A stretch of DNA of 64,000 nucleotides, taken from an uncultured Pseudobdellovibrionaceae bacterium (lineage in GTDB: Bacteria; Bdellovibrionota; Bdellovibrionia; Bdellovibrionales; UBA1609). The stretch lies in the NCBI GenBank assembly GCA_963803705.1, contig CAWDNU010000004.1:672001-736000 (forward strand), in the 5' to 3' direction. Every line of letters starts with the position of its first letter. Position 1 is the stretch's first letter. A model generated the notes under the pieces. It ran no database searches, was not told the origin of the DNA, and saw only the letters and a list, made by a program, of their open reading frames with translations. Shown piece after piece: positions 31,071 through 42,672 of the stretch. Position numbers and translations under genes: made by a program.

Positions 31071-34000
31071 CTATTGTAGCTCCGCTTTCGATTTGTAAGC
31101 GCCTTCATCATCCTCAGTTAAATAACCGGATTCTACCATCTGAACATTTAAAGCTAAACTTTGCAGCTCTTTGATCAGAACATTGAAGGATTCTGGTAGG
31201 CCTGGCTCAAGCACAAACTCACCTTTTACGATGCTTTCGTACATACGAGTTCTTCCTGCAACGTCATCTGACTTAACTGTTAAGAACTCTTGAAGTGCAT
31301 AAGATGCACCGTAAGCCTCAATAGCCCAAACTTCCATCTCTCCAAGTCTTTGCCCACCAAACTGAGCTTTACCACCCAAAGGCTGCTGAGAAACAAGCGA
31401 GTAAGGACCGATAGAACGTGCATGAATTTTTTCTTCCACCAAATGATGAAGTTTAAGCATATACATAATGCCAACTGTTACAGGGTTTTCAAACTTTTCA
31501 CCTGTACGACCGTCAAACAATGTTGACTGGCCAGTATCTGAAACACCAGCTTTGTTTAAAAGGTCTTTAACGTCAGTTTCACGAGCACCGTCAAACACTG
31601 GAGTTGCTAAATGGACGCCGTCTTTCACCGCTTTCGCCATTTTACCTAAAGACTCATCGTCAGCACTTCCGATTTTGGATTTAAACTCGTCATCCGTATA
31701 AACATCTGCAAGCTTTGCTTTAATGCCGTCCATATCCATATTATCAAGCATGTCACCTATTTGGCGACCTAAGTTTCTGGCAGCCCATCCCAGATGAATT
31801 TCTAAAATCTGGCCGATGTTCATACGAGAAGGTACTCCCAATGGGTTTAAAACCATGTCAACAGGGGAACCGTCTTCCAAATATGGCATATCTTCAGCTG
31901 GAACAACTTTTGAAATAACACCCTTGTTACCATGGCGACCGGCAAACTTATCACCAACCTGAAGTTTACGTTTAATCGCAATGTAAACTTTAACCATTTT
32001 TATAACACCTGGAGGAAGTTCGTCGCCTTTGAGTAAACGATCTTTTTTATCTTCAAAAACCATTTTAATAGCGTCTAACTGATTACGGGCTGAGTCTACT
32101 AAACGAGAAAGTTGCTCTTCGATGCTTGCATCTAAAGGGATATAACTTAAAAGTTCAAAAGGAATACTTTCAACATCGTCTTCTTCAATAACCTGATTTT
32201 TTTCTAAAAGTTTTCTTGAACCATCTTCGTTTAAAAGCTCGCCTGTCGTTGTTTTACCGACAACTAAGTTTTTGATTTTATCAAGAGCACTATTTCTAAT
32301 AACGTTTTGTTCGATACCGTAATCTTTTTCAAGCTTAGTGCTTTTCTCACTAATGATAGACATTAAACGCTCATCTTTTTCAGAACCCTCACGTGAATAC
32401 ACCTGAGCATCTATCACAGTACCGTATACACCAGATGGAACCCGCAGTGAGGTGTCTCTGACATCGCCGGCTTTTTCACCGAAAATAGCTCTTAAAAGTT
32501 TTTCTTCTGGAGACAACTGGGTCTCGCCTTTCGGAGTCACTTTACCAACGAGTATATCGCCAGGTCTAACTTCAGCGCCAATTCTAATAATTCCTGAAGT
32601 ATCAAGATCGCTTAAGGCCTCTTCACCTACGTTTGCTATATCTCTGGAAAGCTCTTCTCGCCCTAGTTTAGTATCACGAGCTACACATTCAAATTCTTCA
32701 ATATGTACAGATGTGTAAACGTCGTCTCTAATTAATCTTTCTGAAATTAAGATTGAATCCTCAAAGTTGTAACCCATCCAAGGTGTGAACGCGACTAAGA
32801 TATTTTGGCCTAGTGCAAGTTCCCCGAGCTCTGCAGATGGACCATCGGCAATCACGTCGTTACGTTTTACTTCATCACCAACCTTTACGATAGGTTTCTG
32901 ATTGAAACACGTGTTTTGATTCGTTCTTTGATATTTTGTTAAGTTGTAAATATCAATGTTACCACCTAGCTCGCCACCTTTAGCGAAGCGTCTAACAACA
33001 ATTCTAGAAGCATCGACCTCTTCAACGATACCATCGTTTTGAGCCACTACACTTGTACCAGAATCCCGAGCCACTAGACGCTCTACACCAGTTCCAACAA
33101 GTGGAGCACGAGATCTCATCAGGGGAACTGCCTGACGTTGCATATTCGAACCCATCAAAGCTCTGTTTGCATCATCATGCTCTAAAAAAGGTATTAGTGA
33201 AGCTGCGATAGAGACCAACTGGCTTGGGGATACGTCCATTAAAGACACTTTATCTCTTTCAATGATTTCGTATTCACCATCGTGACGAACATTCACTTTT
33301 TCGGTCGTAATTTCTTTTACACCTTTTTGGTCACGTGAAACTTGGGCAATTCTATGCCCAGCTTCTTCTAAGGCAGAAGTGTATTTTATCTCTGCTGAAA
33401 TTTGGCCTTCACTTACGTCTCTGTAAGGTGTTTCAATAAATCCATATTTATTAATTCGTGCGTAAGTAGCAAGGGAGGCAATCAACCCGATGTTTGGACC
33501 TTCGGGAGTTTCAATTGGGCAAATTCGTCCGTAATGCGTTGGATGCACGTCACGCACTTCAAAACCTGCGCGGTCACGTGTTAATCCACCGGGTCCTAGT
33601 GCTGATAGTCTTCTTTTATGAGTAATTTCTGATAACGGATTTGTTTGATCCATAAATTGTGACAGCTGACTAGATCCAAAAAACTCTTTAACGACAGCAG
33701 ATACCGGTTTTGCATTAACCAAATCGTGTGGCATCATTGTGTCAATATCTTGTAAGCTCATTCTTTCTCGAATGGCTCTTTCCATTCGAACTAAGCCGAT
33801 ACGGTATTGGTTTTCTAAAAGCTCACCAACGGACCTTACACGTCTATTGCCCAAATGATCGATATCATCGACAATACCCTGACCGTTTTTAAGATCGATC
33901 ATAGTTTTAACTGTGCTCATAATATCATTTTTTGTAAGTGTACGATGCTCTACTGGTGTCTCATCGAAAGATGTATTATAACGATGATTAATTTTTAAAC

Positions 34001-35236
34001 GACCTACTTCACTCAAGTCGTAAGTCTCGGGATTAAAAAATAAACGATCAAAAAAACCTGAGGCCGCATCGACTGCTGGTGGTTCGCCAGGTCTTAACCT
34101 TTTATAAATTTCAAGAATAGCTTCTTCGGTAGAATTTACCTTATCAACTAACAAGGTATTGCGAAGGTAAGGGCCAACGCTCAGACCATCAAAAAAGATA
34201 AGCGAGAAATCTTTAATTCCAGCATTAGCAGAAATCTCCAGAAGTTCAGCGCTAATCTCTTGATTTACATCAGCGATGATCTCCCCGGTCGTCATATCAA
34301 TAAGAGGCTTTGCTAAGACTTTTCCACCTAAATCTTCTGGAGAAACTTCAATTCGTTCTAACCCTGCTTCTTTTACCTTTTTGACAACTGCACGAGTTAT
34401 ACGACGACCAGCTTTGACAAAAACGTCATCATTTTTAGGATTTACGATATCCGATAGGGCTTTTTGACCAGCCATTTTTTCAATATTGATATAGCGATAA
34501 TATTTCCCCTTTTCGAAGACAACTTTGTCCACGTCGTAAAAGTAATTTAGCAGCTCTTCAACTGAAAACCCAAGTGCTCTTAGGACAATGGTAGCAGGAA
34601 ACTTTCTTCGTCTATCAATTCTACAGTATAATAAATCTTTTTGATCAAATTCAAAATCTAACCAGGAACCTCGGTAAGGAATAACTCTGAGCCGAATAAA
34701 TAATCTTACCATTTGTGCTTGATTTTCCATTGTCATGGTCAAAGAAAACACCAGGACTTCTATGCAACTGGGACACAACAACACGCTCTGTACCGTTAAC
34801 AATGAAAGAACCATTTTGTGTCATCAAAGGCATCTCACCTAAGTAGACTTCTTGCTCTTTTACGTCTCTGATATTCTTGGCTTCTGTCTCTTCATCCACT
34901 TCGAAAACAATAAGCCTTAATGTAACTTTTACTGGTGAAGCAAATGTCATTCCCCTTTGACGACACTCATCAACATCATACTTAGGTGGTTCAAGTGCAT
35001 AATTAACAAACTCCAAGCTTGCAGTTTTGTTAAAGTCTGAAATTGGGAAAACAGATTTAAACACTCCATTTAAACCATCATCCATCTCTACGATCAGGAT
35101 CACTGTCCTTCTGCAAAAAGTCTTCATAAGACTGTTTCTGAAGTTGAATTAAATTTGGAATATCAATAACTATTGGATTTCTTGCAAAAGATCTACGTAA
35201 TCTTATGTTAGAACCTGTTACAGAATTTTTTGACAT
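31071..35236 (-). CDS. rpoB: RNA polymerase beta subunit (two apparent frameshifts near 35085 and 34690)
   Basis: [17 protein letters not shown] start at 35236; [22 protein letters not shown]-terminus spread over three ORF segments. Confidence 0.95.
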
Positions 35237-35611
35237 GTATTGTCTCCTACTTTTAAGACTTTTTATTTATAATTTTAGGGCAAATTAAAACGTCAATAAG
35301 TTCAAATAAACAGAGAGTTTTTTTGAACTAGGGAACTTTAAAATTTTAGATTTCTTTTCTATCAATCCAATTCCTATCACTTAACGCTAAAAAGGAACAC
35401 TATGAGTCTGGAAAATTTTAAATTTAAACCTTAGCTTGTAAATCCTATTCTAAAACTTAAATCTAAAATTCACACCATTTCTACTATCTAGTTCACTACT
35501 GCTCTAACCGAGGACCTTTTATTAAACTTCGCAGTTATACTGTTATAAGTGGACAAGTTCACAGAATTGGTATTAGTGGCCTTAGAAACTAAGACCACTA
35601 AACTCATTGCA

Positions 35612-35983
35612 CTACTTAACTTCTACTTTTGCTCCAGCTTTTTCCAAAGCCTCTTGAATCTTGGCAGCTTCATCTTTAGTTACAGCTTCTTTAACAGCTT
35701 TAGGGGCCGCCTCGACTAGGTCTTTGGCTTCTTTTAAGCCTAAACCAGTAATTGCTCTAACTTCCTTAATGACGTTAATTTTACTGGCACCCGCGGCAGT
35801 AAGTATAACATCAAATTCAGTTTTTTCTTCAGCGGCAGCAGCTGGTCCACCGGCAGCAGCAACTGCAACTGGAGCAGCAGCGCTAACGCCCCACTTTTCT
35901 TCTAATGTAGTGATCATCTCAGCAAGCTCGATGACCGGCAATTTTGAAAGGTATTCTACGACTGATTCTTTATCTAATGACAT
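35612..35983 (-). CDS. rplL: 50S ribosomal protein L7/L12
   Basis: [22 protein letters not shown]. Confidence 0.98.
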   Translation of the reverse strand: MSLDKESVVEYLSKLPVIELAEMITTLEEKWGVSAAAPVAVAAAGGPAAAAEEKTEFDVILTAAGASKINVIKEVRAITGLGLKEAKDLVEAAPKAVKEAVTKDEAAKIQEALEKAGAKVEVK

Positions 35984-36008
35984 TCTATAACTCCTTTAAT
36001 TTTTTAAC

Positions 36009-36540
36009 CTATGAATTTTGTTTATCTTTATAAGCATTTAATACATTTACGAACCCACCTGGAACTGCATTCAACACTCTAACAAATGTAGATGCTGGTG
36101 CTTGTAGTGTTCCAAGAAGTTTAGCCCTTAGCTCGTCTTTGCCTGGAAGAGTCGCAAGATAGTTCAGTTTCTGTGCATCGAGTATGGTTTCACCCATGAC
36201 ACCGGCTTTGAAACTAAAATGCTCAACTTCTTTAGCAAATTCAGAAACTGTTCTTGCAGGACCACTAGCTTCATCAAAAGCAAATACAAAAGCGTTCGTC
36301 CCAACAATCTTAGGACTAAGCGCTTCATTTGCAGTTTTGTACTCAGATAGAGCGCGAAGAGCTAAGAGTGTTTCTTACAACTTTCATTGTAGCTCCAACC
36401 TCACTCAGCTGCTTACGCAGCGTGGTCACTTGTGCAACGTTCATACCTTTGTAATCTACAAGAAATGACGCTTTTGATTTACCAAAACTATCAGACAGAT
36501 TTTGTATTCGTTCTGCCTTACTTTCCTTATTGTTGATCAA
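36009..36540 (-). CDS. rplJ: 50S ribosomal protein L10 (apparent frameshift)
   Basis: N-terminal DYKGMNV...LRK...VVRNTL and C-terminal LATLPGKDELRAKLLG fragments. Confidence 0.9.
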
Positions 36541-36564
36541 TTTATTACCTCCTTTATTAGATTT

Positions 36565-36650
36565 ACTGTCTTCAGGTGGAGGATTTTACCCCTCGATAGG
36601 AAATTAAGTTCTGTTAAGTGGAACACCTATTTTCTTCGATCGAAGACAGT
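36565..36650 (-). promoter_or_regulatory. L10 leader-like autoregulatory RNA
   Basis: Upstream of rplJ; closing stem CTGTCTTC/GAAGACAG with AAGA..ATAGG...TTAA..CCTAT.GAGG core. Confidence 0.7.
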
Positions 36651-36675
36651 ATAAAATTTAAAATTACTAATTCTA

Positions 36676-37372
36676 TTATTTGCTAAACTCCACAGTGTCT
36701 AATTTAATACCAGCACCCATCGTGGATGAAATGGCTATACCTTTCATGTAAATACCTTTACTTGAAGAAGGTTTTGCTTTCAGAATTGAGGCCATGAAGG
36801 TTCTAAAATTATCAGTAAGTTTTTCAGATCCCATTGATTTACGACCAATAGTCGCATGAACAGTTCCGTCTTTATCGACTCTGTAGTCCAACTTTACCTT
36901 TCTTTTCAGCTTCAACTGCAGCAGTCACATTCATAGTCACTGTGCCAACTTTAGGGTTAGGCATTAATCCACGAGGGCCCAAGATCTTTGCGACTTTAGA
37001 AACCGTAGCCATCATATCCGGAGTAGCTAGGCTTTATCAAAATCTAACCAACCACCTTGGATCTTTGCTACGATATCATCAGCACCCACAAAATCGGCAC
37101 CTGCTGCTTTTGCTTCTTCCTCTTTAGGTCCTTTAGCAAAGACCAGAACTCGTACAGTTTTACCCAAACCATGAGGTAAGGCTACTGCACCACGAACTTG
37201 TTGATCACTTTGTTTCGGATCAACACCCAACTCTAACGGCCACATCAATGGACTCATCAAATTTTGCAGGCGCCGTATCAACAGCTAAAGCTACTGCTTC
37301 TTGGGCTGAATACTTCTTATTTCTATCAATTTTTTTTCTGGATTCTGTTAGTTTTTTTCCTGCTTTTGACAT
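36676..37372 (-). CDS. rplA: 50S ribosomal protein L1 (several apparent frameshifts)
   Basis: [43 protein letters not shown] fragments in different frames. Confidence 0.9.
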
Positions 37373-37382
37373 CATCAGCTCC

Positions 37383-37807
37383 TTAATTAACGACTTCTAG
37401 GCCCATGCTTTTCGCAGTGCCTTGAACTTGGGAAATAGCCGATTCTAACGACACACCATTTAAGTCTTCCAACTTTGCTTTTGCAATCTCTTCGACTTGA
37501 GCCATGGTAACTTTACCAACAACGTTGCTCTGGGGTGTTTTAGAACCGCTTTTTATATTAGCTGCTTTTTTTAATAAAACAGATGCCGGCGCTGATTTGG
37601 TGACAAACGTGAATGAGCGATCAGCGTAAACAGTGATGATAACAGGAACTACCGTATCACCTAAGCCTGGGTTTTTGCGTTGAACTGTTTGCAAAAATCC
37701 ATAATGTTTACACCGTGCTGTCCGAGTGCCGGTCCAACGGGAGGCGATGGATTCGCTTTCCCTGCCGGGATCTGTAGCTTTATCATACCTGTGACTTTTT
37801 TAGCCAT
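37383..37807 (-). CDS. rplK: 50S ribosomal protein L11 (apparent frameshift)
   Basis: [32 protein letters not shown] from 37807; C-terminal GTAKSMG. Confidence 0.92.
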
Positions 37808-37959
37808 GACCCACTCCTAGCATTCCCATTTAAATAATCTTAAATGGGTGGTTACTTTACTGAACTACTGGTAATCCGCCAAAAGGCTAAAGATGTCAAT
37901 AAACTATTAGCTTAAAACAAGATTTAACTGAATAATTATTGAGTTGAATTGATTAGCTA

Positions 37960-38503
37960 TTAGTTTTTTTGAACTTGAATAAAATCCAGTTCAACCGGTG
38001 TAGGTCGGCCAAAAATACTTACTGAGACTTTAACTTTCGCCTTTTCATCATTAATCTCTTCGACCGTGCCCGTGAAAGTTATTAAATGGACCATCAACGA
38101 CGGTTACAGTTTCGCCTACGGTAAAATCAGCTTTAGGTTTGGAAACTACAGCACCATCTTCCATCTGTTGTGTTACTCTTCTAACTTGCTCTTCAGGAAC
38201 TTCAGGCGGTCTCATTTTATTTGAAGAGCTACCAACGAAACCTGTGACTTTTGAAGCCCCACGGACTAAGTGCCATGTGTCTTCATTCATCACCATTTGC
38301 ACAAAAATATAACCTGGAAAAAACTTTTTGGCTCTGGTTTGTTTTTGACCTTTTACAAGCTCCACAACGTTTTCAGTGGGAACTAAAACTTCACCAAACG
38401 ATTCGTCCATTTTGTTCGACTTAACTCGCTCCAGTATTGCAGATTTTGCTATAGCTTCACAGCTGGTTTGAACGTTAACGATGTACCACTTTTTTTCCAT
38501 CAC
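37960..38503 (-). CDS. nusG: Transcription factor NusG (apparent frameshift near 38070)
   Basis: [18 protein letters not shown]-terminal [14 protein letters not shown] in another frame. Confidence 0.92.
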
Positions 38504-38509
38504 TATCCT

Positions 38510-38908
38510 CTATCGACCTAAAATATAATCAATAACACTGCTTGATAAAGCATCCATCCCGAAAAGGATGATGCCAGAAAGTATCAGCATAAAAGAAACT
38601 ACAAGAGTAGATAATTGCACATCTCTTTGAGATGGCCAAACCACTTTTGATGTTTCGGTAACGACTTCTTCTGCCCACGTCCTTTTCTTCGGACTTAACT
38701 GAAGATATAAAAACGCTGCAAGGGCCAATAAAACCGGTAATCCGACTTCATACAGTTCTATTCCGCCGATTTTGTAAGACCTAAGCTTAGCAACCATTGG
38801 AAGACCAGCAGCTAAAGTTTCGAATATAACCCCAGAAACCCACCAGACTAAGATAGCTGCGGCTGCAAAAGAAAAAGTTACGGCCTTATTAATATTTTGC
38901 TTTTCCAT
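38510..38908 (-). CDS. secE: Preprotein translocase SecE
   Basis: ETSKVVWPS motif; position between tRNA-Trp and nusG. Confidence 0.9.
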   Translation of the reverse strand: MEKQNINKAVTFSFAAAAILVWWVSGVIFETLAAGLPMVAKLRSYKIGGIELYEVGLPVLLALAAFLYLQLSPKKRTWAEEVVTETSKVVWPSQRDVQLSTLVVSFMLILSGIILFGMDALSSSVIDYILGR

Positions 38909-38956
38909 TGTGCTAGTTCCTTAAATCGAAATGCATTATACTTTCAAAATTTAAAA

Positions 38957-39033
38957 TGGCAGGGCAGGAGGGATTCGAACCCCCAACCTATTGATTTGGA
39001 GTCAACCGCTCTACCAATTAGAGCTACTACCCT
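38957..39033 (-). tRNA. tRNA-Trp(CCA)
   Basis: Cloverleaf with CTCCAAA loop, GGTTCGAATCC, CCA end. Confidence 0.95.
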
Positions 39034-39155
39034 ACACCAAATAAAAAAAACTTTCAAATTAAAAAGCCAAAGAGCATATTCAATGAACTCTTTGGCAAAA
39101 CACTTCTTTTTCTAAACAAACTCTAATCTTAAAAACACTAATTTGATTTCAGAGC

Positions 39156-39256
39156 AAATAAATTTTAGAGCTTGATTGTCCAAGGCACAAACCTGAAGGC
39201 GTACTTTAGTACGTCGATGGTGCGGTAACGACGGACAATCATGCTTAAATTTATTT
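39156..39256. repeat. Palindromic element sharing the MITE central hairpin
   Basis: Arms AAATAAATTTTAGAGCTTGATTGTCC / GGACAATCATGCTTAAATTTATTT around GAAGGCGTACTTTAGTACGTCGA. Confidence 0.65.
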
Positions 39257-40451
39257 TATTCTTTGATTTCGGTTACAACACCCGCACCAACAGTACGACC
39301 ACCCTCGCGAATCGCGAAGCGAAGTTCTTTTTCCATTGCGATTGGTGCAATAAGTTCACATGACATTTCAACGCGGTCACCAGGCATTACCATTTCAATG
39401 CCTTCTTTTAGAGTTACGATTCCAGTGATATCAGTCGTTCTGAAATAAAACTGTGGTCTGTAACCATTAAAAAACGGAGTGTGTCTTCCACCTTCTTCTT
39501 TTGTAAGAATATAAGCTTCACACTGAAATTTCTTATGTGGATTAATACTACCGATTTTAGCAAGAACTTGACCACGCTCAACATCTTCTTTCTTAGTACC
39601 ACGTAGTAAACAACCACAGTTGTCCCCAGCTTGACCTTGATCAAGAAGCTTTCTGAACATTTCAATACCAGTAACGATAGTTTTTTGAGTCGGACGAATA
39701 CCTACGATTTCGACTTCTTCACCAACTTTAATAATACCACGCTCAACACGACCAGTAACAACTGTACCACGACCAGAGATTGAAAATACATCTTCAATAG
39801 GCATCAAGAAAGTTTTATCTACCTGACGCTCTGGAGCTGGAATGTACGAATCAACTTCATCCATTAATTCTTGAATAGACTTTCGAACCGATTTCAGACT
39901 CATCACCTTCTAAAGCTTTTAATGCTGAACCCTCTAATATTGGGATATCATCACCTGGAAACTCATATTTTGATAATAATTCACGAATCTCGAGCTCAAC
40001 TAGATCCAGTAATTCAGGATCATCGACTTGGTCCACTTTGTTCATGAAGACAACTATAGCTGGAACACCAACCTGTCGAGCCAAGAAGAATATGTTCACG
40101 AGTTTGAGGCATAGGACCATCAGCAGCATTAACAACAAGAATCGCTCCATCCATCTGTGCAGCACCAGTGATCATGTTTTTAACGTAATCAGCGTGTCCT
40201 GGACAGTCAACGTGAGCGTAATGGCGCTTGCTAGTTTCGTACTCTACGTGAGCTGTTGAAATAGTGATACCACGCTCTCTTTCTTCTGGAGCCTTATCGA
40301 TCATATCATAGGCCATGGCTGTGCCTTTACCCATCGCTTTTGACATTACAGTAGTAATTGCAGCTGTCAAAGTTGTCTTACCATGGTCAACGTGCCCGAT
40401 GGTTCCAATATTTACGTGTTCCTTCGAACGATCAAATTTTTCTTTAGACAT
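39256..40451 (-). CDS. tuf: Elongation factor Tu (two apparent frameshifts near 40082 and 39885)
   Basis: [31 protein letters not shown] across three ORF segments. Confidence 0.95.
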
Positions 40452-40578
40452 GAACTATGTCCTCCTAGCATTTCGTTTATAGTTGTTATTTTGTAATACA
40501 CTAAAATCAATTGTTTTCAAATCAAAAATTTATCCAACCGCAAGGTCGTATCTTAGTCAATCAAGCCACTGCTTTTTC

Positions 40579-40735
40579 CGCTGCGCGCGGCCTCTTAATC
40601 AGGTTTGCACACCTAGCGCTGCGCGCGGCCTCTTAATCAGGTTTGCACACCTAGCGCTGCGCACGGCTTTTCGATCAAGTTTGCAAACACCTTGCGCTGC
40701 CCATGGTTTCACGGTCAAATTTACAAGCACCTTAC
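40579..40735. repeat. Four ~38-40-bp tandem repeats (two identical, two degenerate)
   Basis: CGCTGCGCGCGGCCTCTTAATCAGGTTTGCACACCTAG at 40579 and 40617; variants at 40655 and 40695. Confidence 0.85.
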
Positions 40736-40838
40736 ACACACACGAATTGCTCAGAAAGAGGTAAGTGCCATCCAAACATTAGAACGTCACTAAACATTTG
40801 CACTTAGGATAAATCTAGCTCGGTCAGTCAAACATAAA

Positions 40839-40913
40839 TGGAGCCCGTAGTGAGACTCGAACTCACGGCCTCACCCTTACCAAGGGTGTGCTCTACCCCT
40901 GAGCCATACGGGC
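40839..40913 (-). tRNA. tRNA-Thr(GGT)
   Basis: Cloverleaf with TTGGTAA loop, CCA end. Confidence 0.95.
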
Positions 40914-40934
40914 TGAAATTTTAAAATTCAAGGT

Positions 40935-41011
40935 TGGAGCGGGAGACGGGTCTCGAACCCGCAACCCTCAGCTTGGAAGGCTGATACTCTAGCCAATTGA
41001 GCTACTCCCGC
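40935..41011 (-). tRNA. tRNA-Gly(TCC)
   Basis: GCGGGAG stem, CTTCCAA loop, CCA end. Confidence 0.95.
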
Positions 41012-41356
41012 TCTAAAGTAATTTTCATTCACAAAAACCTTTAAAACTAAACAAAAATTACATTGAATTTCTGGTAGTTGTTTTTACTACCGCCTGGTAG
41101 TTGATTTTTGCTTTAAGAACATCCAAATATTGCACTTTCTGGTAGTTCCCCTTTTCCTATAGGCTGGTGTATTTGAATTTTAAATTCAAGTCAAAACTTA
41201 AATAGTCTGTCTAATTATTTAATGTCCAACTACCATTATTTTTAAAGCAATTTAGGATAATCATCATTAAGTTTTGAAATATACTGAACAACTTTGACTC
41301 TGAATAATAGCATTTTTAGAAGTTCAAACCCGTAACTACTTACAATCAGTACGCCA

Positions 41357-41698
41357 CTATTTATCCACTACATCTATAAATTGTGGAAACAAATCTAACT
41401 CATCTTTACCTATGTTGGGTCCACGCTGCATAGTTGAGATAAGCTGAATATCCTCTGTTGATCTACATCTTAAAGTGCCATCAGCGTAGCAGCAGAATGC
41501 TTTGTACCTAGTTGGTGACCCTGGGTGCTGAGCATTAGCTATTATCTCATGACCAGACAGATTTAGGTTCTTTAATATCTGTAGCCTTTCTTCAGCTGAT
41601 CTTTGTGCATACATAGGCTTTCCATCAGATTTAGGTTGTTCCCATAAATCATATAAATTCTTTAGATTGTCCTTATCAGCTCTTCTCATGTGCCCCAC
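41357..41698 (-). CDS. Hypothetical phage protein
   Basis: 113-aa ORF; no recognised motif. Confidence 0.5.
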   Translation of the reverse strand: MGHMRRADKDNLKNLYDLWEQPKSDGKPMYAQRSAEERLQILKNLNLSGHEIIANAQHPGSPTRYKAFCCYADGTLRCRSTEDIQLISTMQRGPNIGKDELDLFPQFIDVVDK

Positions 41699-42672
41699 CT
41701 ACTACGCTTTAGACTTACACTAAACTTACACGTGCAGAGCTAACCTGTCTACTAAATAATTTAGGGCTTTTTTAGAAGTTTAAACCCATAACTAGCTATA
41801 ATAATTAAGCCGTTTGTTTGTACCACTATTATGAAATATTACTTTGCAATTAGGTATGTTACTAATATTATTCAGATAAACGGCAAAAGTGTCACAATTT
41901 TACATCAAAAAATGTGTTAAAATAATATATAAATTTAATAGGCCCATATCCGTTAGGATATTAAATGCTTTCATTGCCTTTTTAACCTAGAAATAAAGGG
42001 CCGATTAATTGCTTTAGTTCTTTGCGGACGATGACCGACTTTCTCTTGAGGTTAAACATTCATTCTCCTTTGGTTTACAGACAAAGATCGTCTTTACCTG
42101 CACCTTATACAAATATGTTACAAAAGCGGCTTAATACTTAGCTCTAGGCCGCTTGGCCAAGGAGGCTAGATTAATTATAAAGAAAGTGGAACTAGATTAG
42201 TGTATTACTGGCGATTTTTAGCGAGCCTCAAGCGAGCACCGTAGCTTCGCCCTATCACTAAGTAGGGACTAGAAAAGCTAATAGACTTATCTACAACTTA
42301 TCTACTAACAAAAGAACTATAGTATTAGTAAATGAATTTTAGACATAGCTATTGCGAAGACCATCTATACTATTTGTTAGACCATTTAGTGACTAGTTAT
42401 TAATAATAAAAGGCGATTAACGTAACGGCCTTCAGGGCCGTAAAAAGTCGCCTAATACTAAGCCGATAATATATGTATCTAGTATTTTTTAGACGCAACT
42501 TTGGTATTAGGTACTGTGATAAGTACAGATGAGATACAGTTACTTAGTATCTACTTCCTCGTGAAGCTATCCGGTTTATGCCGTTCCCCTGTACCACTAC
42601 AGGCTTAATGCTTCAGTCCATAATTACTTAGATTAGTTTCATAGCCTTTTCTCTAGCATCTAATTACTAAGT

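Noticed and set aside
27043..34467. Short antisense and out-of-frame ORFs within rpoC and rpoB (likewise within fusA, tuf, rplL and phage genes)
   Set aside because: Shadow ORFs of conserved genes with no independent coding signal
35573..35601. Intrinsic terminator after rplL
   Set aside because: Hairpin present but no U-tract on the transcribed strand; at most a pause or processing site
39034..39255. rpmG (L33) between tuf and tRNA-Trp
   Set aside because: No L33-like ORF seen; only a hairpin and a palindromic element
34650..40451. True pseudogenes or programmed frameshifting in rpoB, rplJ, rplA, rplK, nusG and tuf
   Set aside because: Essential genes with conserved residues and no shared slippery motif; sequencing error is more parsimonious
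40579..40735. CRISPR array
   Set aside because: Units are contiguous with no unique spacers, and no cas genes are present
41012..41350. tRNA-derived att core or Xer dif site at the prophage boundary
   Set aside because: No tRNA 3' fragment and no convincing 11-6-11 dif pattern found
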